A stretch of 64,000 nt of DNA from Thermoplasmatales archaeon (GTDB lineage Archaea; Thermoplasmatota; E2; UBA202; JdFR-43): positions 4,297 through 68,296 of the forward strand of contig JACIWB010000002.1 in assembly GCA_014361245.1 (NCBI GenBank), read 5' to 3'. This document shows, piece after piece, positions 44,397-54,620 of the stretch (its first letter is position 1; each line of letters opens with the position of its first letter). A program made the translations under genes and the position numbers. Below the pieces are notes generated by a model. It had not been told where the DNA came from. It made no database searches and was given only the letters and a program-made list of their open reading frames with translations.

Positions 44397-46601
44397 GTGA
44401 TGGAAATGAATGAAGTTATGCTTAGGGTTGCTGAAGGATTAAGCCAGGATGTAGGGGCAGGAAGAGCAAGGCTTGATACTGAAACAAGAATGAAGCTTAA
44501 TGTTGCCCCTGGAGATATAATTGAAATAGAGGGAGGAAGAAAAACTGGCGCAGTTGTATGGCGCGCCCGCCCTGTTGATGAGGGAAAGGGAATAATAAGG
44601 ATTGATAATCTTACGAGGAAAAATGCAAGGGTCGGGATAGGAGATAAGGTAATAGTGAGGAAGGGTGAAGTTAAGGTTGCGAGCCAGGTTGTTATCGCCC
44701 CAGCAATTTCTCAAAGTCAGAGGATACAATTTGGGCATGGAATAGAAAGTATAGTTAAGAGAGGACTTTATAAGCGCCCCCTTACTGCTGGAGACACAAT
44801 AATTGTCCCTGGAATTGCTCTATTTGGAAATTCTCTACCATTTGGTGTTGTTAAAACAGAGCCAAAAGGATTGGTTGTGATAGGTGATGAAACAAGTGTA
44901 GTAGTTAAAGAAGAGCCAATAAAGGAAGAATTACTCAAATTGCCGCAGATAAGCTATGAAGACATCGGTGGGCTTGATGAAGAAATAATGAAAATAAGAG
45001 AAATGATAGAATTGCCATTGAAGCATCCAGAACTTTTTGAAAGGCTTGGAATAGACCCTCCAAAAGGAGTATTGCTTTATGGGCCACCAGGCACTGGCAA
45101 GACATTGATTGCGAAGGCAGTTGCCAACGAATCTGGAGCAAGTTTCTTTACCATAAATGGTCCAGAAATAATGAGCAAATTTTATGGGCAAAGCGAAGAA
45201 AATTTGAGGAGAACATTTGAGGAGGCTGAGAAAAATGCTCCTTCTATAATTTTTATTGATGAAATAGATGCAATCGCTCCTAAAAGAGAGGAAGTGCATG
45301 GTGAGGTGGAGAGAAGAGTTGTTTCTCAATTGCTTACACTTATGGACGGGCTAAAGGGAAGAGGAAAGGTAATAGTTATAGGTGCAACAAACAGACCAGA
45401 TTCTCTTGACCCTGCTTTAAGGCGTCCTGGAAGATTTGATAGAGAAATAGAGATAGGCGTGCCAGACAGGGATGGAAGGAAGGAAATCCTTCAGATTCAT
45501 ACCCGTGGTATGCCTCTTGCTGAAGATGTAAATCTTGACGCTCTTGCAGATGTAACCCACGGGTTTGTTGGCGCTGATTTGGCAGCACTTGCGAGGGAGG
45601 CGGCGATGAATGCGCTGCGGAGATATTTGCCAGAGATAGAACTTGACAAGCCAATTCCTACTGAAATTCTTGAAAGAATGGTTGTTACAATGAATGATTT
45701 CAAAGAAGCACTTAAAATGATTGAACCATCTGCTTTAAGAGAAGTTCTTATTGAAATTCCAAATGTTAGGTGGGATGATATTGGCGGGCTTGAAGATGTG
45801 AAGCAAAGGCTCAGAGAGGCTGTTGAATGGCCACTTAAAAATCCAGAAGCATTTAAAAAATTGGGAATTAGGCCACCAAAAGGAATTTTGCTTTATGGGC
45901 CACCAGGCACTGGCAAGACATTGCTTGCAAAGGCTGTTGCAACAGAGAGTGAGGCAAACTTTTTATCAGTTAAAGGGCCAGAGATTTATAGCAAATGGGT
46001 TGGAGAAAGCGAGAAAGCAATAAGAGAATTATTTAAAAAAGCAAAGCAGACCGCTCCATCAATAATATTCTTTGACGAAATAGACGCAATTGCCCCAAGG
46101 AGAGGGAGTTATGAAGGCACAAGAGTTACTGAAACTGTTGTAAACCAACTCTTAACTTCAATGGATGGGCTTGAACAGATGAGTGATGTTGTTATAATCG
46201 GTGCAACAAATAGACCCGATATCCTTGATCCTTCTCTTTTACGCCCTGGCAGATTTGATGAACTTGTTCTTGTTGGAATACCTGACAAAGAGGCGAGGAA
46301 AAACATATTCAAGATACATACTGCAAATATGCCACTCGCAAAGGATGTTAATATAGATGAACTCGCTGAAATTACTGACGGATATGTTGGAGCTGATATT
46401 GAAGCAATATGTAGGGAAGCAGGAATGATAGCATTGAGGGAGAATGCAAATGAAGTTACAAAAGAGTATTTCATGAGAGCTATAAAGGAGGCTCATCCAT
46501 CTGTTGATGAGGAAATGATGGAATATTACAAAGAAATGGAGAAAAAATTGGGAAAGGGAGTTGCAAAGAAAGAACTCAAAAAGGGAGTGGAAGTAATGTA
46601 G
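44397..46601 (+). CDS. cdc48: CDC48/VCP-like AAA+ ATPase (two AAA domains)
   Basis: 734 aa; N-domain + D1 and D2 each with GPPGTGKT Walker A and DE Walker B plus second region of homology. Confidence 0.9.
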   Translation: MMEMNEVMLRVAEGLSQDVGAGRARLDTETRMKLNVAPGDIIEIEGGRKTGAVVWRARPVDEGKGIIRIDNLTRKNARVGIGDKVIVRKGEVKVASQVVIAPAISQSQRIQFGHGIESIVKRGLYKRPLTAGDTIIVPGIALFGNSLPFGVVKTEPKGLVVIGDETSVVVKEEPIKEELLKLPQISYEDIGGLDEEIMKIREMIELPLKHPELFERLGIDPPKGVLLYGPPGTGKTLIAKAVANESGASFFTINGPEIMSKFYGQSEENLRRTFEEAEKNAPSIIFIDEIDAIAPKREEVHGEVERRVVSQLLTLMDGLKGRGKVIVIGATNRPDSLDPALRRPGRFDREIEIGVPDRDGRKEILQIHTRGMPLAEDVNLDALADVTHGFVGADLAALAREAAMNALRRYLPEIELDKPIPTEILERMVVTMNDFKEALKMIEPSALREVLIEIPNVRWDDIGGLEDVKQRLREAVEWPLKNPEAFKKLGIRPPKGILLYGPPGTGKTLLAKAVATESEANFLSVKGPEIYSKWVGESEKAIRELFKKAKQTAPSIIFFDEIDAIAPRRGSYEGTRVTETVVNQLLTSMDGLEQMSDVVIIGATNRPDILDPSLLRPGRFDELVLVGIPDKEARKNIFKIHTANMPLAKDVNIDELAEITDGYVGADIEAICREAGMIALRENANEVTKEYFMRAIKEAHPSVDEEMMEYYKEMEKKLGKGVAKKELKKGVEVM

Positions 46602-46676
46602 TAGCGGGGCGTGGATTTGAACCACGGATCTTCGGGTTATGAGCCCGACGGGTTTTCCTGACTACCCCACCCCGCT
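46602..46676 (-). tRNA. initiator tRNA-Met (CAT)
   Basis: Hand fold: A1-U72, three consecutive G-C pairs at 29-31/39-41 (TCGGG/CCCGA), loop CUCAUAA, T-arm CGTGG-TTCAAAT-CCACG, A73: archaeal initiator hallmarks; begins 1 nt after the CDC48 stop. Confidence 0.8.
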
Positions 46677-46709
46677 ATAGGATTATAAATATATAATAAT
46701 TTAAGCTTT

Positions 46710-47735
46710 GTGGTCAAAATGATAGAGATAGATGGAAGTTATGGCGAGGGCGGCGGGCAGATTTTAAGGATGAGCATAGCATTTTCCTCCATAACAAATA
46801 AGCCAGTAAAAATTTTTAATATAAGAGCAAATCGTCCAAATCCAGGACTAAGAAACCAGCATATAACCGCAATTGAAACTGTTGCAAAAATATGCAATGC
46901 AGAAGTTAAGGGTTTAAAAATTGGTTCAAGAGAAATAGAATTTTATCCAGGAGAAATTTGTGGAGGGCAGTATGAATTTGATGTTGGGACTGCTGGAAGT
47001 GTTACACTTGTATTGCAGGCATGTATAATTCCATCAATCTTTGCTGAAAAAGAGACAAAATTAATTCTGAAAGGAGGTACTGATGTAAGATGGTCCCCTC
47101 CATGGGATTATTTCAGAAATGTTTTTCTTGAAAATCTTAAAAAAATGGGAATAGAAATTGAGGGAAAATTGCATAAGAGAGGATATTACCCAGCCGGTGG
47201 GGGAAAAATAGAAATTTCAATAAACCCCTGCAGGGAAATAAAGCCATTATATTTTGATGAAAAATTTGAAGAAATAGAGGGAATTGTTCATATTTCAAAT
47301 CTACCATTGCAGATTGCTGAGAGAATAAAAAAATCAGCTGAAGAAAATATAAGTGGTAAATATCCCTCAAACATAAGGATTGAAGAAAATGAAGCAATTT
47401 CTCCAGGCGTCGGCATCGTGCTATGGAGCAAGCCAAAAATAATTGGCTCAGATTGTTTGGGTGAAAAAGGGAAGCCAGCAGAAGAAATAGGAAAATTTGT
47501 AGCAAAAAAAATTCTGGAAGAGATTGATGCTGGAGTTGATTTAGATGAAAAGGCTGTTGATCAGCTCCTTCCCTTCATGGCAATAAGTGGAAGCAAAATA
47601 AAATTTAAATGTTCAGACCTGAGCATGCATGCCTCCACAGAAATCTTCTTATTAAAAAAATTCATTGATATTGATGCAAAAATAGAAAAAAATAAGATTG
47701 TTGAAGTAGAGGTAGAAGGAGAAAAATTAATTTAA
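46710..47735 (+). CDS. rtcA: RNA 3'-terminal phosphate cyclase
   Basis: 341 aa; IEIDGSYGEGGGQILR N-terminal signature. Confidence 0.8.
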   Translation: MVKMIEIDGSYGEGGGQILRMSIAFSSITNKPVKIFNIRANRPNPGLRNQHITAIETVAKICNAEVKGLKIGSREIEFYPGEICGGQYEFDVGTAGSVTLVLQACIIPSIFAEKETKLILKGGTDVRWSPPWDYFRNVFLENLKKMGIEIEGKLHKRGYYPAGGGKIEISINPCREIKPLYFDEKFEEIEGIVHISNLPLQIAERIKKSAEENISGKYPSNIRIEENEAISPGVGIVLWSKPKIIGSDCLGEKGKPAEEIGKFVAKKILEEIDAGVDLDEKAVDQLLPFMAISGSKIKFKCSDLSMHASTEIFLLKKFIDIDAKIEKNKIVEVEVEGEKLI

Positions 47736-47929
47736 ACGCTTCTCTGGCTTAGTATAACTATCATATATGCTATAATCACAAGAAAAATCAGGATGTAAAA
47801 TATTATCTGTAATCTCCTCCTCTTTTTTATATATCCTTCATATTCACTTTTACATTTCTCACTGCAAAAATCCTCACCATATTTTATTGCTTTTCCACAT
47901 ATATGGCAATGTCCGTGCTGGGGAATCAT
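47732..47929 (-). CDS. small zinc-ribbon membrane protein
   Basis: 65 aa; CHIC...C..C Cys4 followed by one TM helix. Confidence 0.3.
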   Translation of the reverse strand: MIPQHGHCHICGKAIKYGEDFCSEKCKSEYEGYIKKRRRLQIIFYILIFLVIIAYMIVILSQRSV

Positions 47930-47930
47930 T

Positions 47931-48584
47931 TCATACCTCTATAACTGTTCCATTAAACTCTTTTCCATATATAGCATTTTCTAATTCTTTCAGATTTTTT
48001 CCATTTACAACAAATGTTTTTATTCTCCCATCCCTTATTATTTTACAGGCAACAGGATCAACAACAACTTTATATCCAGCCATTTTCCATTCTCCCCCAA
48101 CCATCTCTATCAGCTTATCTATCCTTATTTTATCAAATTTTATCGCATCCCTATAAATTTTGGGATCCTTATCATATATACCATCTACATCTGTTGCTAT
48201 TACAAGATGATCCGCCCTTGCTTCTTTTGCAAGCATTGCAGCAACTGCATCAGTTGAATGACCCGGGAAAGTTCCACCCATTACAACCGGCGGGCCAATC
48301 TGCAATGCTTCTTCTATAGTCAGAGGAATTTTTTTTCTGAAGAAGGAATTTATAAGATAAGCATTTAAGCGGGTTGCTGCTATCCCAATTTCATCTAAAT
48401 ATCTTTCATCCTCGCAAAATTTTCTTCCAGTAGATATATAATTTCTTGCAGTTTTTCCTCCGCCAACGACAATAAAAAGAGAAATTTCATCTGATATTTT
48501 CTTTAAAAGAAGAGAAAGTTTTTCTATAAATTCTGGATTATCCAATGAAAGCAATGAGCCACCGAGTGAAACAACAACTTTCAT
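47931..48584 (-). CDS. pyrH: uridylate (UMP) kinase, archaeal type
   Basis: 217 aa; amino-acid-kinase fold MKVVVSLGGSLL...FIVVGGG. Confidence 0.75.
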   Translation of the reverse strand: MKVVVSLGGSLLSLDNPEFIEKLSLLLKKISDEISLFIVVGGGKTARNYISTGRKFCEDERYLDEIGIAATRLNAYLINSFFRKKIPLTIEEALQIGPPVVMGGTFPGHSTDAVAAMLAKEARADHLVIATDVDGIYDKDPKIYRDAIKFDKIRIDKLIEMVGGEWKMAGYKVVVDPVACKIIRDGRIKTFVVNGKNLKELENAIYGKEFNGTVIEV

Positions 48585-48626
48585 GCTTGTATTAAAAAGA
48601 TTTTATAAAATGTTTTCTATACCATT

Positions 48627-48917
48627 ATGCGAAGATATTCAATAAAAAAAGGGCATAAAGCAAATCTGGACGAATTGCTAAAAAAATATTTTAGTGTTGA
48701 AGGAAACTTGAATGAGGGATTTGAGTTTGAAGAAAATGGAATAGGGAAGATATTTATAAAAAAAGAGGGAAACGAAATACTAATAGATATAAAGCCACCA
48801 GAAAAAATAGAGCCAAATCCAGAAATATTGAAAAAATGGAATAATTTTTTATTTGAAGCAACAGGGAGAACAGCAAAAGAAAGGAAAAAATTGCTTGAAA
48901 AAGAATTGGAAAATTAA
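48627..48917 (+). CDS. hypothetical protein
   Basis: 96 aa; no motifs recognised. Confidence 0.25.
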   Translation: MRRYSIKKGHKANLDELLKKYFSVEGNLNEGFEFEENGIGKIFIKKEGNEILIDIKPPEKIEPNPEILKKWNNFLFEATGRTAKERKKLLEKELEN

Positions 48918-48948
48918 AAAATCTATTAAATATTCCTTATTTATTATC

Positions 48949-50202
48949 ATGCAGAGAATAGAGAGCATAAAGGCAAGGCAAATTCTTGATTCAAGGGGAA
49001 ATCCTACCATAGAAGTTGAGGTAAAAACAAAAAATGCAGAGGGAAGGGCAAGCGCGCCATCCGGCGCAAGCCGCGGGAGCAGAGAGGCGGTGGAGCTGAG
49101 AGATGGTGGGGAGGAGTTTCATGGAAAAGGGGTAAGGAAGGCGATAGAGAATGTTAATACAATTCTTGCACCCGCTATTGTTGGAATGGATGTAAATGAG
49201 CAGGAGGAAATTGATGGAAAAATTATTAAAATAGATGGTACTCCTGATAAAAGGATAATTGGGGGGAATGCTTGCATAGCTACTTCTATTGCCTGCTGTA
49301 AATGCGCTGCAAATTCAAAAAAAATCCCTGTCCATCTTTATTTAAACAAAGAAGCAAATCTTATGCCAATTCCTTTTATGAATATAATAAATGGTGGAAA
49401 GCATGCGGGAAATGAGCTTGCTATACAGGAATTTATGATTGCCCCTATAATGGCTAAAAGTTTTTCTCAAGCAATAAGGATGGGTTGTGAGGTTTATTAT
49501 TCATTAAAGGAAATAATTCTTAAAAAATATGGAAGAAATGCAATAAATGTTGGTGATGAAGGTGGTTTTGCTCCTCCTCTTAAAGAAACAAGAGATGCTC
49601 TTGAGCTTATAATGGATGCTATTGAAGAAAATGGATATGAAAATGAAGTCATGCTTGCAATAGATTGTGCTGCTTCATCTTTCTATAAGGATAATTTATA
49701 CTATATAGAAGGGGAAAAAAGCCGGGATGAGCTAATAGATTTTTATGAAGAAATAGTGGAGGAATATCATATAGTTTCAATAGAAGATGCATTTAGCGAG
49801 GATGACTGGGATGGATTTTCAAAATTAACAAAAAAAATGGGGAAAAAGATACAGATTGTAGGAGATGATATTTTTGTTACAAATGCAAAAAGATTAAAGG
49901 AAGGAATAAAAAAGAAAGCATGCAATGCATTGCTTTTAAAACCAAATCAGTGTGGCACGCTAAGCGAAACTCTCAAAGTTGTAAAAATATGCAATGAAAA
50001 CAACTATTCAATAATGGTTTCACATCGCTCAGGTGATACATGCGATTCATTTATATCTGAGCTTGCGGTTGCAATAAACTGCGGGCAGATAAAGGCAGGC
50101 GCCCCCTGCAGGGCAGAAAGAACCGAAAAATATAATCAGTTGATTAGAATTGAAGAAGAAATTGAAAAGCCAATATATGCTGGCAAAAAATGGAGAATAT
50201 AG
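48949..50202 (+). CDS. eno: enolase (phosphopyruvate hydratase)
   Basis: Homology starts at MQRIESIKARQILDSRGNPTIEVEV (ATG 48949); the ORF-track start at 48853 is an upstream extension; stop codon overlaps the 3' end of tRNA-Gln. Confidence 0.85.
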   Translation: MQRIESIKARQILDSRGNPTIEVEVKTKNAEGRASAPSGASRGSREAVELRDGGEEFHGKGVRKAIENVNTILAPAIVGMDVNEQEEIDGKIIKIDGTPDKRIIGGNACIATSIACCKCAANSKKIPVHLYLNKEANLMPIPFMNIINGGKHAGNELAIQEFMIAPIMAKSFSQAIRMGCEVYYSLKEIILKKYGRNAINVGDEGGFAPPLKETRDALELIMDAIEENGYENEVMLAIDCAASSFYKDNLYYIEGEKSRDELIDFYEEIVEEYHIVSIEDAFSEDDWDGFSKLTKKMGKKIQIVGDDIFVTNAKRLKEGIKKKACNALLLKPNQCGTLSETLKVVKICNENNYSIMVSHRSGDTCDSFISELAVAINCGQIKAGAPCRAERTEKYNQLIRIEEEIEKPIYAGKKWRI

Positions 50203-50272
50203 CCCCGCCAGGATTCGAACCTGGGTCGTGAGGTCCAGAGCCTCACATGCTTGACCACTACACCACGGGGCT
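50200..50272 (-). tRNA. tRNA-Gln (CTG)
   Basis: Hand fold: acceptor AGCCCCG/CGGGGCT with A1-U72 (archaeal tRNA-Gln feature), anticodon stem TGAGG/CCTCA, loop CUCUGGA (anticodon CUG), T-arm CCAGG-TTCGAAT-CCTGG, A73. Confidence 0.75.
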
Positions 50273-50397
50273 GAACAATGTAAAAAAATTACTCTTTAAA
50301 ATTTTTACCAAAAATTTATAAATTGATATTCTATACATTATGAGGAGTGAGGTCATCTTTTTATTTTCTTTTCACCTCCTCTACCTCACTCCTCAAA

Positions 50398-51318
50398 TTA
50401 TTTCTTCAATTTAACCTCAACCTTCATGAAATCATTTGCCAAATATGAGTTTGGAAATATTTTCCTTGCCTCCTCCTCAAGGGATTTTGCATTTTTGTAC
50501 CTCGGGCTTATATGGGTTAAAATTAATTTTTCTACGCATGCTTCCTTCGCTATATTTGCCGCCTGCATGGCGGTGGAGTGGAAATATTCTCTTGCTTTTT
50601 CTTCCATATCTGATGAAAAGGTTGCATCATGTATTAACACATCGCTTCTTTTTGCAAAATTTATGAGTTTGTTGCAAGGCATTGTATCTCCAGATATAAC
50701 TATTTTTCTTCCAGGACGTGGCTCGCCAAGAACCATATCAGGGGTTATTTTCCTCCCGTTTATTTCTATAATTTTTCCCTTCTGTAGCTCTCTGAAAAGA
50801 TGACCTTCTGGAATGCCAAGCGAGAGAGCTTTTTCTTTATTAAATTTTCCTGGTCTCATATCCTCTTCCAAACAATATGCAAGGGTTGGAACATTGTGCT
50901 CTACAAAAATGCACTTTATTTTATATCCATCAAATTCAACGCAGTCATTCTCTTTCAATTCTTGGGGGTATATATTATAAGATGGCTTAAAATAGCCAAG
51001 ATGAATAACATCATTAACAACTTTATCTATCCCTTTTGGCCCGTATATATACAAATCTTCTTTCCTATCATTCAGCTGAAATGTTTGAATTAATCCAGGC
51101 AGACCAAGGATATGGTCGCCATGGAAATGTGTTATAAATATTTTTTTTATCTGCATATAACTTATTTCAGATTTTTGAAGCTGTCTTTGTGTTCCTTCTC
51201 CGCAATCAAAAAGAATTATTTCTCCCCCTCTTTTTATTGCTATTGAAGATACATTCCTCTGAATTGTTGGCCAGCTTCCTCCTGTCCCCAGAAAATATAT
51301 ATAGAGCTGCATCAGCAA
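50398..51318 (-). CDS. rnz: ribonuclease Z (tRNA 3' endonuclease, metallo-beta-lactamase fold)
   Basis: 306 aa; HFHGDHILGLPGL motif II, size typical of short RNase Z. Confidence 0.8.
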   Translation of the reverse strand: MLMQLYIYFLGTGGSWPTIQRNVSSIAIKRGGEIILFDCGEGTQRQLQKSEISYMQIKKIFITHFHGDHILGLPGLIQTFQLNDRKEDLYIYGPKGIDKVVNDVIHLGYFKPSYNIYPQELKENDCVEFDGYKIKCIFVEHNVPTLAYCLEEDMRPGKFNKEKALSLGIPEGHLFRELQKGKIIEINGRKITPDMVLGEPRPGRKIVISGDTMPCNKLINFAKRSDVLIHDATFSSDMEEKAREYFHSTAMQAANIAKEACVEKLILTHISPRYKNAKSLEEEARKIFPNSYLANDFMKVEVKLKK

Positions 51319-51647
51319 AACTCTTCCAAAGCTTTCTTAACTTCAGTAAAGTATGTCATCGCTGGTCCTCCTTCCATGAGCACTGCAACAAGAGATGCTT
51401 CAATAATTTCCTCTTTTGTTGCTCCCGCCTTCAATGCTTTTTCAACATGTATGCCAATGCAGTAATCGCATCTTTTTGCAATTGCTATCCCAAGGGCAAT
51501 TAACTCTTTTGTTTTTGTGCTTAATTGAGCATCTTTAAGAACCGAATCAACAAATTTCTGGTAATTTTTCATTGTTTCTGGCTCATTCCTTATCAAATCT
51601 TTTTTTGCCTCTTTATAACTTTCAACAATTTCTCTAAATTTTCCCAT
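51312..51647 (-). CDS. carboxymuconolactone decarboxylase / AhpD-like family protein
   Basis: 111 aa; conserved CDYCIGIH (CxxC...H) AhpD core. Confidence 0.6.
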   Translation of the reverse strand: MGKFREIVESYKEAKKDLIRNEPETMKNYQKFVDSVLKDAQLSTKTKELIALGIAIAKRCDYCIGIHVEKALKAGATKEEIIEASLVAVLMEGGPAMTYFTEVKKALEEFC

Positions 51648-51718
51648 GATTAATATATCTTAGTAATAAAAATATTTTGCAATTAGAAAAATAAATTTAC
51701 CTCCTTTTTATTATTTTT

Positions 51719-53449
51719 GTGAAGAAAATTGCTCTGCTTATAATATTAATTCTTCCTGTCTCATCGGCATGCAAGGATATAATTGTAATGGATGATGCAA
51801 CATCAGGAAATTACAATCTTTTTATGAAAATTCGTGACCCATCCCGCTCCGGCTTGCAGGTTTTATTTGTTGTAAATGAAGGATATGAATATACATACCA
51901 CCACCCATGGAGAAACTATAACATGGCATTTAAAACAAAATACAAGATTATAGGAGTAGCAACAGCCGGCGATACACCCCCAAACATAATAAAGGCTGGA
52001 ATGATGATGACAAGCGCAGGAATTGCATATGGCGATGCGGATGTGCCAACATATTACATAAATCCAACAAGAAAAGCATGGGATGATTTTGACTGGCTCC
52101 GCTACGCCGCCCAGCAGGCGGGCAGCGAGAAAGAAGCCCTTGATTTGCTTGAAGAAGTTGTTGATATGCGTGCCCCTGGCATAGGAGAAAATCTATTTGT
52201 TGTTGGAAAAGATGCTTATGTTGTTGAGGCGGATGCATTTCATTTTTATTCGAGAAAGGCGAGTAGTATAGATGTAATGTCAAATTATCCAGAATATTTA
52301 TGGAAAAGCAGGTTACTAAGAAGAATTGGAATAGCATCATCTTTTGATAGAGTTTTTGAAGGAGATGCTTTTGAAAAAGAAGTAATAAGAATAGGAGGAA
52401 TTTACGGAGTAAAATTGGTGGAAGTCAAAGATGGATATGTTGTTGTAAATGAATTTCCTTTTGGAAGCGAGATAAAAATCGAAAGAGGAAATGGAAGCAA
52501 AGTTGGGAATTTTTATGTTGAATTTAAAGAAGCAAATGGAAAAAAAGCTAATTTAAAGGTTTGTTATGAATATTATGAATGGGAAAGTAGAATCACAAAA
52601 ATTTTAAATGAAAAATATGGAGATATAGGTGTAATTGATCTGATGAATATATCTCGCATTCATTCATGGGAAATAGAGGGGCTGAGGGGCTTATGTGAAA
52701 ATGAAATGAAAGCATGTATGATTTTTAAAATACCACTGAGCAATGCAAATACGCTGCTTGCTGGATGGTTTGCACCCGACCAATGCGCATCAGTATTTAT
52801 TCCAGTTCATATATGCGATTATGATATATATGAAGATTATAAAAATGGTAAAGCAAGTGAAATTGCCCTTACAATTTTAAGAAAATATGGGCATGGAAAT
52901 GTTAGTTTTGGGAACTTTGAAGAAATGCTTTTATATGAAAATGAAAAAGCAGAAGATATAGCTAAAAAAAATATTGAGAAGGCTGGCGATATACTAACTG
53001 CTGTTGATATTGAAATGCAAAAGCAAGCAATAATAATTCAGAGAATATGGTTAAATGCCAGCGAGCATGAAAAAAATTTTTTGAGGAATTTATGGAAAAA
53101 AGATTACTATACAACAATATGTGAAATTGAAAAAAATATTGATAGCATTGGAAGATTTTCTCATGATATAGGAGAAATTATTTTGAGCATGTGCAAAACA
53201 AGAGTGGATGTTGAAAGTATTATAAATGGTAGCAAATTTGATGGTGATTATAGTAAAGCATCGGATTATATAAAAAAAGGGGAATATAAAAAAGGAATTG
53301 AAATTGTGAAAAGCATATTTGAAAAAATAGATAAAAAATTATATGGTATAGAATATAAAAAATTAAGAAAAATCGATGTTTTTATCGTGGTTCTACCCAT
53401 CCTACTTTTGATAGCCCTTTTAATCTTTATTTACAGAAAATTCAGATAA
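51719..53449 (+). CDS. membrane-anchored extracellular protein, Ntn-hydrolase-like (peptidase C69-like N-terminus)
   Basis: 576 aa; signal peptide ending ...PVSSAC; the Cys is followed by a C69-like segment (CKDIIVMDDATSGNYNLFMKIRD); C-terminal TM helix + basic tail (VLPILLLIALLIFIYRKFR). Confidence 0.3.
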   Translation: MKKIALLIILILPVSSACKDIIVMDDATSGNYNLFMKIRDPSRSGLQVLFVVNEGYEYTYHHPWRNYNMAFKTKYKIIGVATAGDTPPNIIKAGMMMTSAGIAYGDADVPTYYINPTRKAWDDFDWLRYAAQQAGSEKEALDLLEEVVDMRAPGIGENLFVVGKDAYVVEADAFHFYSRKASSIDVMSNYPEYLWKSRLLRRIGIASSFDRVFEGDAFEKEVIRIGGIYGVKLVEVKDGYVVVNEFPFGSEIKIERGNGSKVGNFYVEFKEANGKKANLKVCYEYYEWESRITKILNEKYGDIGVIDLMNISRIHSWEIEGLRGLCENEMKACMIFKIPLSNANTLLAGWFAPDQCASVFIPVHICDYDIYEDYKNGKASEIALTILRKYGHGNVSFGNFEEMLLYENEKAEDIAKKNIEKAGDILTAVDIEMQKQAIIIQRIWLNASEHEKNFLRNLWKKDYYTTICEIEKNIDSIGRFSHDIGEIILSMCKTRVDVESIINGSKFDGDYSKASDYIKKGEYKKGIEIVKSIFEKIDKKLYGIEYKKLRKIDVFIVVLPILLLIALLIFIYRKFR

Positions 53450-54620
53450 ATCTTCTCGGGTCTGCTATTTTTCCTTCTATTGCACTCGCAGCCACAGTTG
53501 CAGGGGATGCAAGATATATCTCAGAGTCCTTTGCCCCCATTCTCCCCTGGAAATTCCTGTTTGTCGTTGTTATTGCAATTTCCCCGCTCGCAAGAATTCC
53601 CTCGTGTGCCCCCAGGCAGGGGCCGCATCCAGGATTCATAATTACCGCTCCCGCCTCTATAAATATGGAGATTAATCCTTCTTTTATTGCCTGATTGTAT
53701 ATCTTCATTGATGCAGGAAATACAAGCATTCTTACATTCTTTGCTATTTTTTTTCCTTTCAATATCTTTGCTGCCGTTCTTAAATCCTCTATCCTCCCGT
53801 TTGTGCATGAGCCTAGCACTGCCTGGTGTATTTCTTTTCCTTCAACTTCTTCAACACTTTTTACATTATCGACACTATGAGGGCATGCAATTTGAGGACT
53901 TAAATCTGTAACATCTATTTCTATTTCTTTTTCAAATACATCGTTTTTATCTCCTCCAAAAAGAGCAACTTTTGCACCCATTTCCATTGACATATTTGCA
54001 ATTGTTATTTTATCTGCGAGGGGCATATCTTCAATTATTCCATAAAATTCGCATGCTTTATAATTTGCTCCCTCACATCCCATTTTCCCTATTATATGCA
54101 GAATTATATCCTTTGAAAAAACTGCTTTTGGCAAATTTCCAACTATATCAAATTTTATTGTTTCTGGAACTTTCAGCCATATTTTTCCTGTTGCCCATAC
54201 AGCAGCCATTTCAGTTGCTCCTATTCCAGTTGAAAATGACCCCAATGCTCCATAACTTGTTGTATGGCTATCTGTTCCAACTATAAGCATCCCTTTCTTT
54301 GCATGTCCTTCCTCAATCATTACCTGGTGGCATATTCCATAATTTATATCATAGAAATTTTTTATTCCATGCTTTTTAACAAACTCTCTTATCTGTTTGT
54401 GGTTTTCTGCTGTCTTTATTGTGTTTGCTGGCACTCGATGGTCAAGTATAATAACTATTCTATCCACATCCCATGGTTTTTCTGCCATTTCTTTAAAACT
54501 TTTTATTACAAGCGCCGCATTATCATGGCTCATTGCCTTATCAACTCTTGCCTCAATTATTTCTCCTGCCTCAACTTTTTCCCCGCATTTTTCAGATAAT
54601 ATTTTTTCAGATAGTGTCAT
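53442..54620 (-). CDS. aconitase-family dehydratase large subunit (3-isopropylmalate / homoaconitate dehydratase LeuC/HacA type)
   Basis: 392 aa; MTLSEKIL start, Fe-S ligand regions GTDSHT, GSCTNGRIEDL, GCGPCLG; no small subunit in window. Confidence 0.75.
   Translation of the reverse strand: MTLSEKILSEKCGEKVEAGEIIEARVDKAMSHDNAALVIKSFKEMAEKPWDVDRIVIILDHRVPANTIKTAENHKQIREFVKKHGIKNFYDINYGICHQVMIEEGHAKKGMLIVGTDSHTTSYGALGSFSTGIGATEMAAVWATGKIWLKVPETIKFDIVGNLPKAVFSKDIILHIIGKMGCEGANYKACEFYGIIEDMPLADKITIANMSMEMGAKVALFGGDKNDVFEKEIEIDVTDLSPQIACPHSVDNVKSVEEVEGKEIHQAVLGSCTNGRIEDLRTAAKILKGKKIAKNVRMLVFPASMKIYNQAIKEGLISIFIEAGAVIMNPGCGPCLGAHEGILASGEIAITTTNRNFQGRMGAKDSEIYLASPATVAASAIEGKIADPRRFI

Noticed and set aside
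44439-45329. Several 68-132-aa minus-strand ORFs
   Set aside because: All antisense within the cdc48 gene, whose two AAA domains are unambiguous.
48853-48948. N-terminal extension of the enolase ORF (MKQQGEQQKKG...)
   Set aside because: Enolase homology starts at MQRIESIKARQILDSRGNPTIEV (ATG 48949). The extension overlaps the upstream 96-aa ORF and has no homology.
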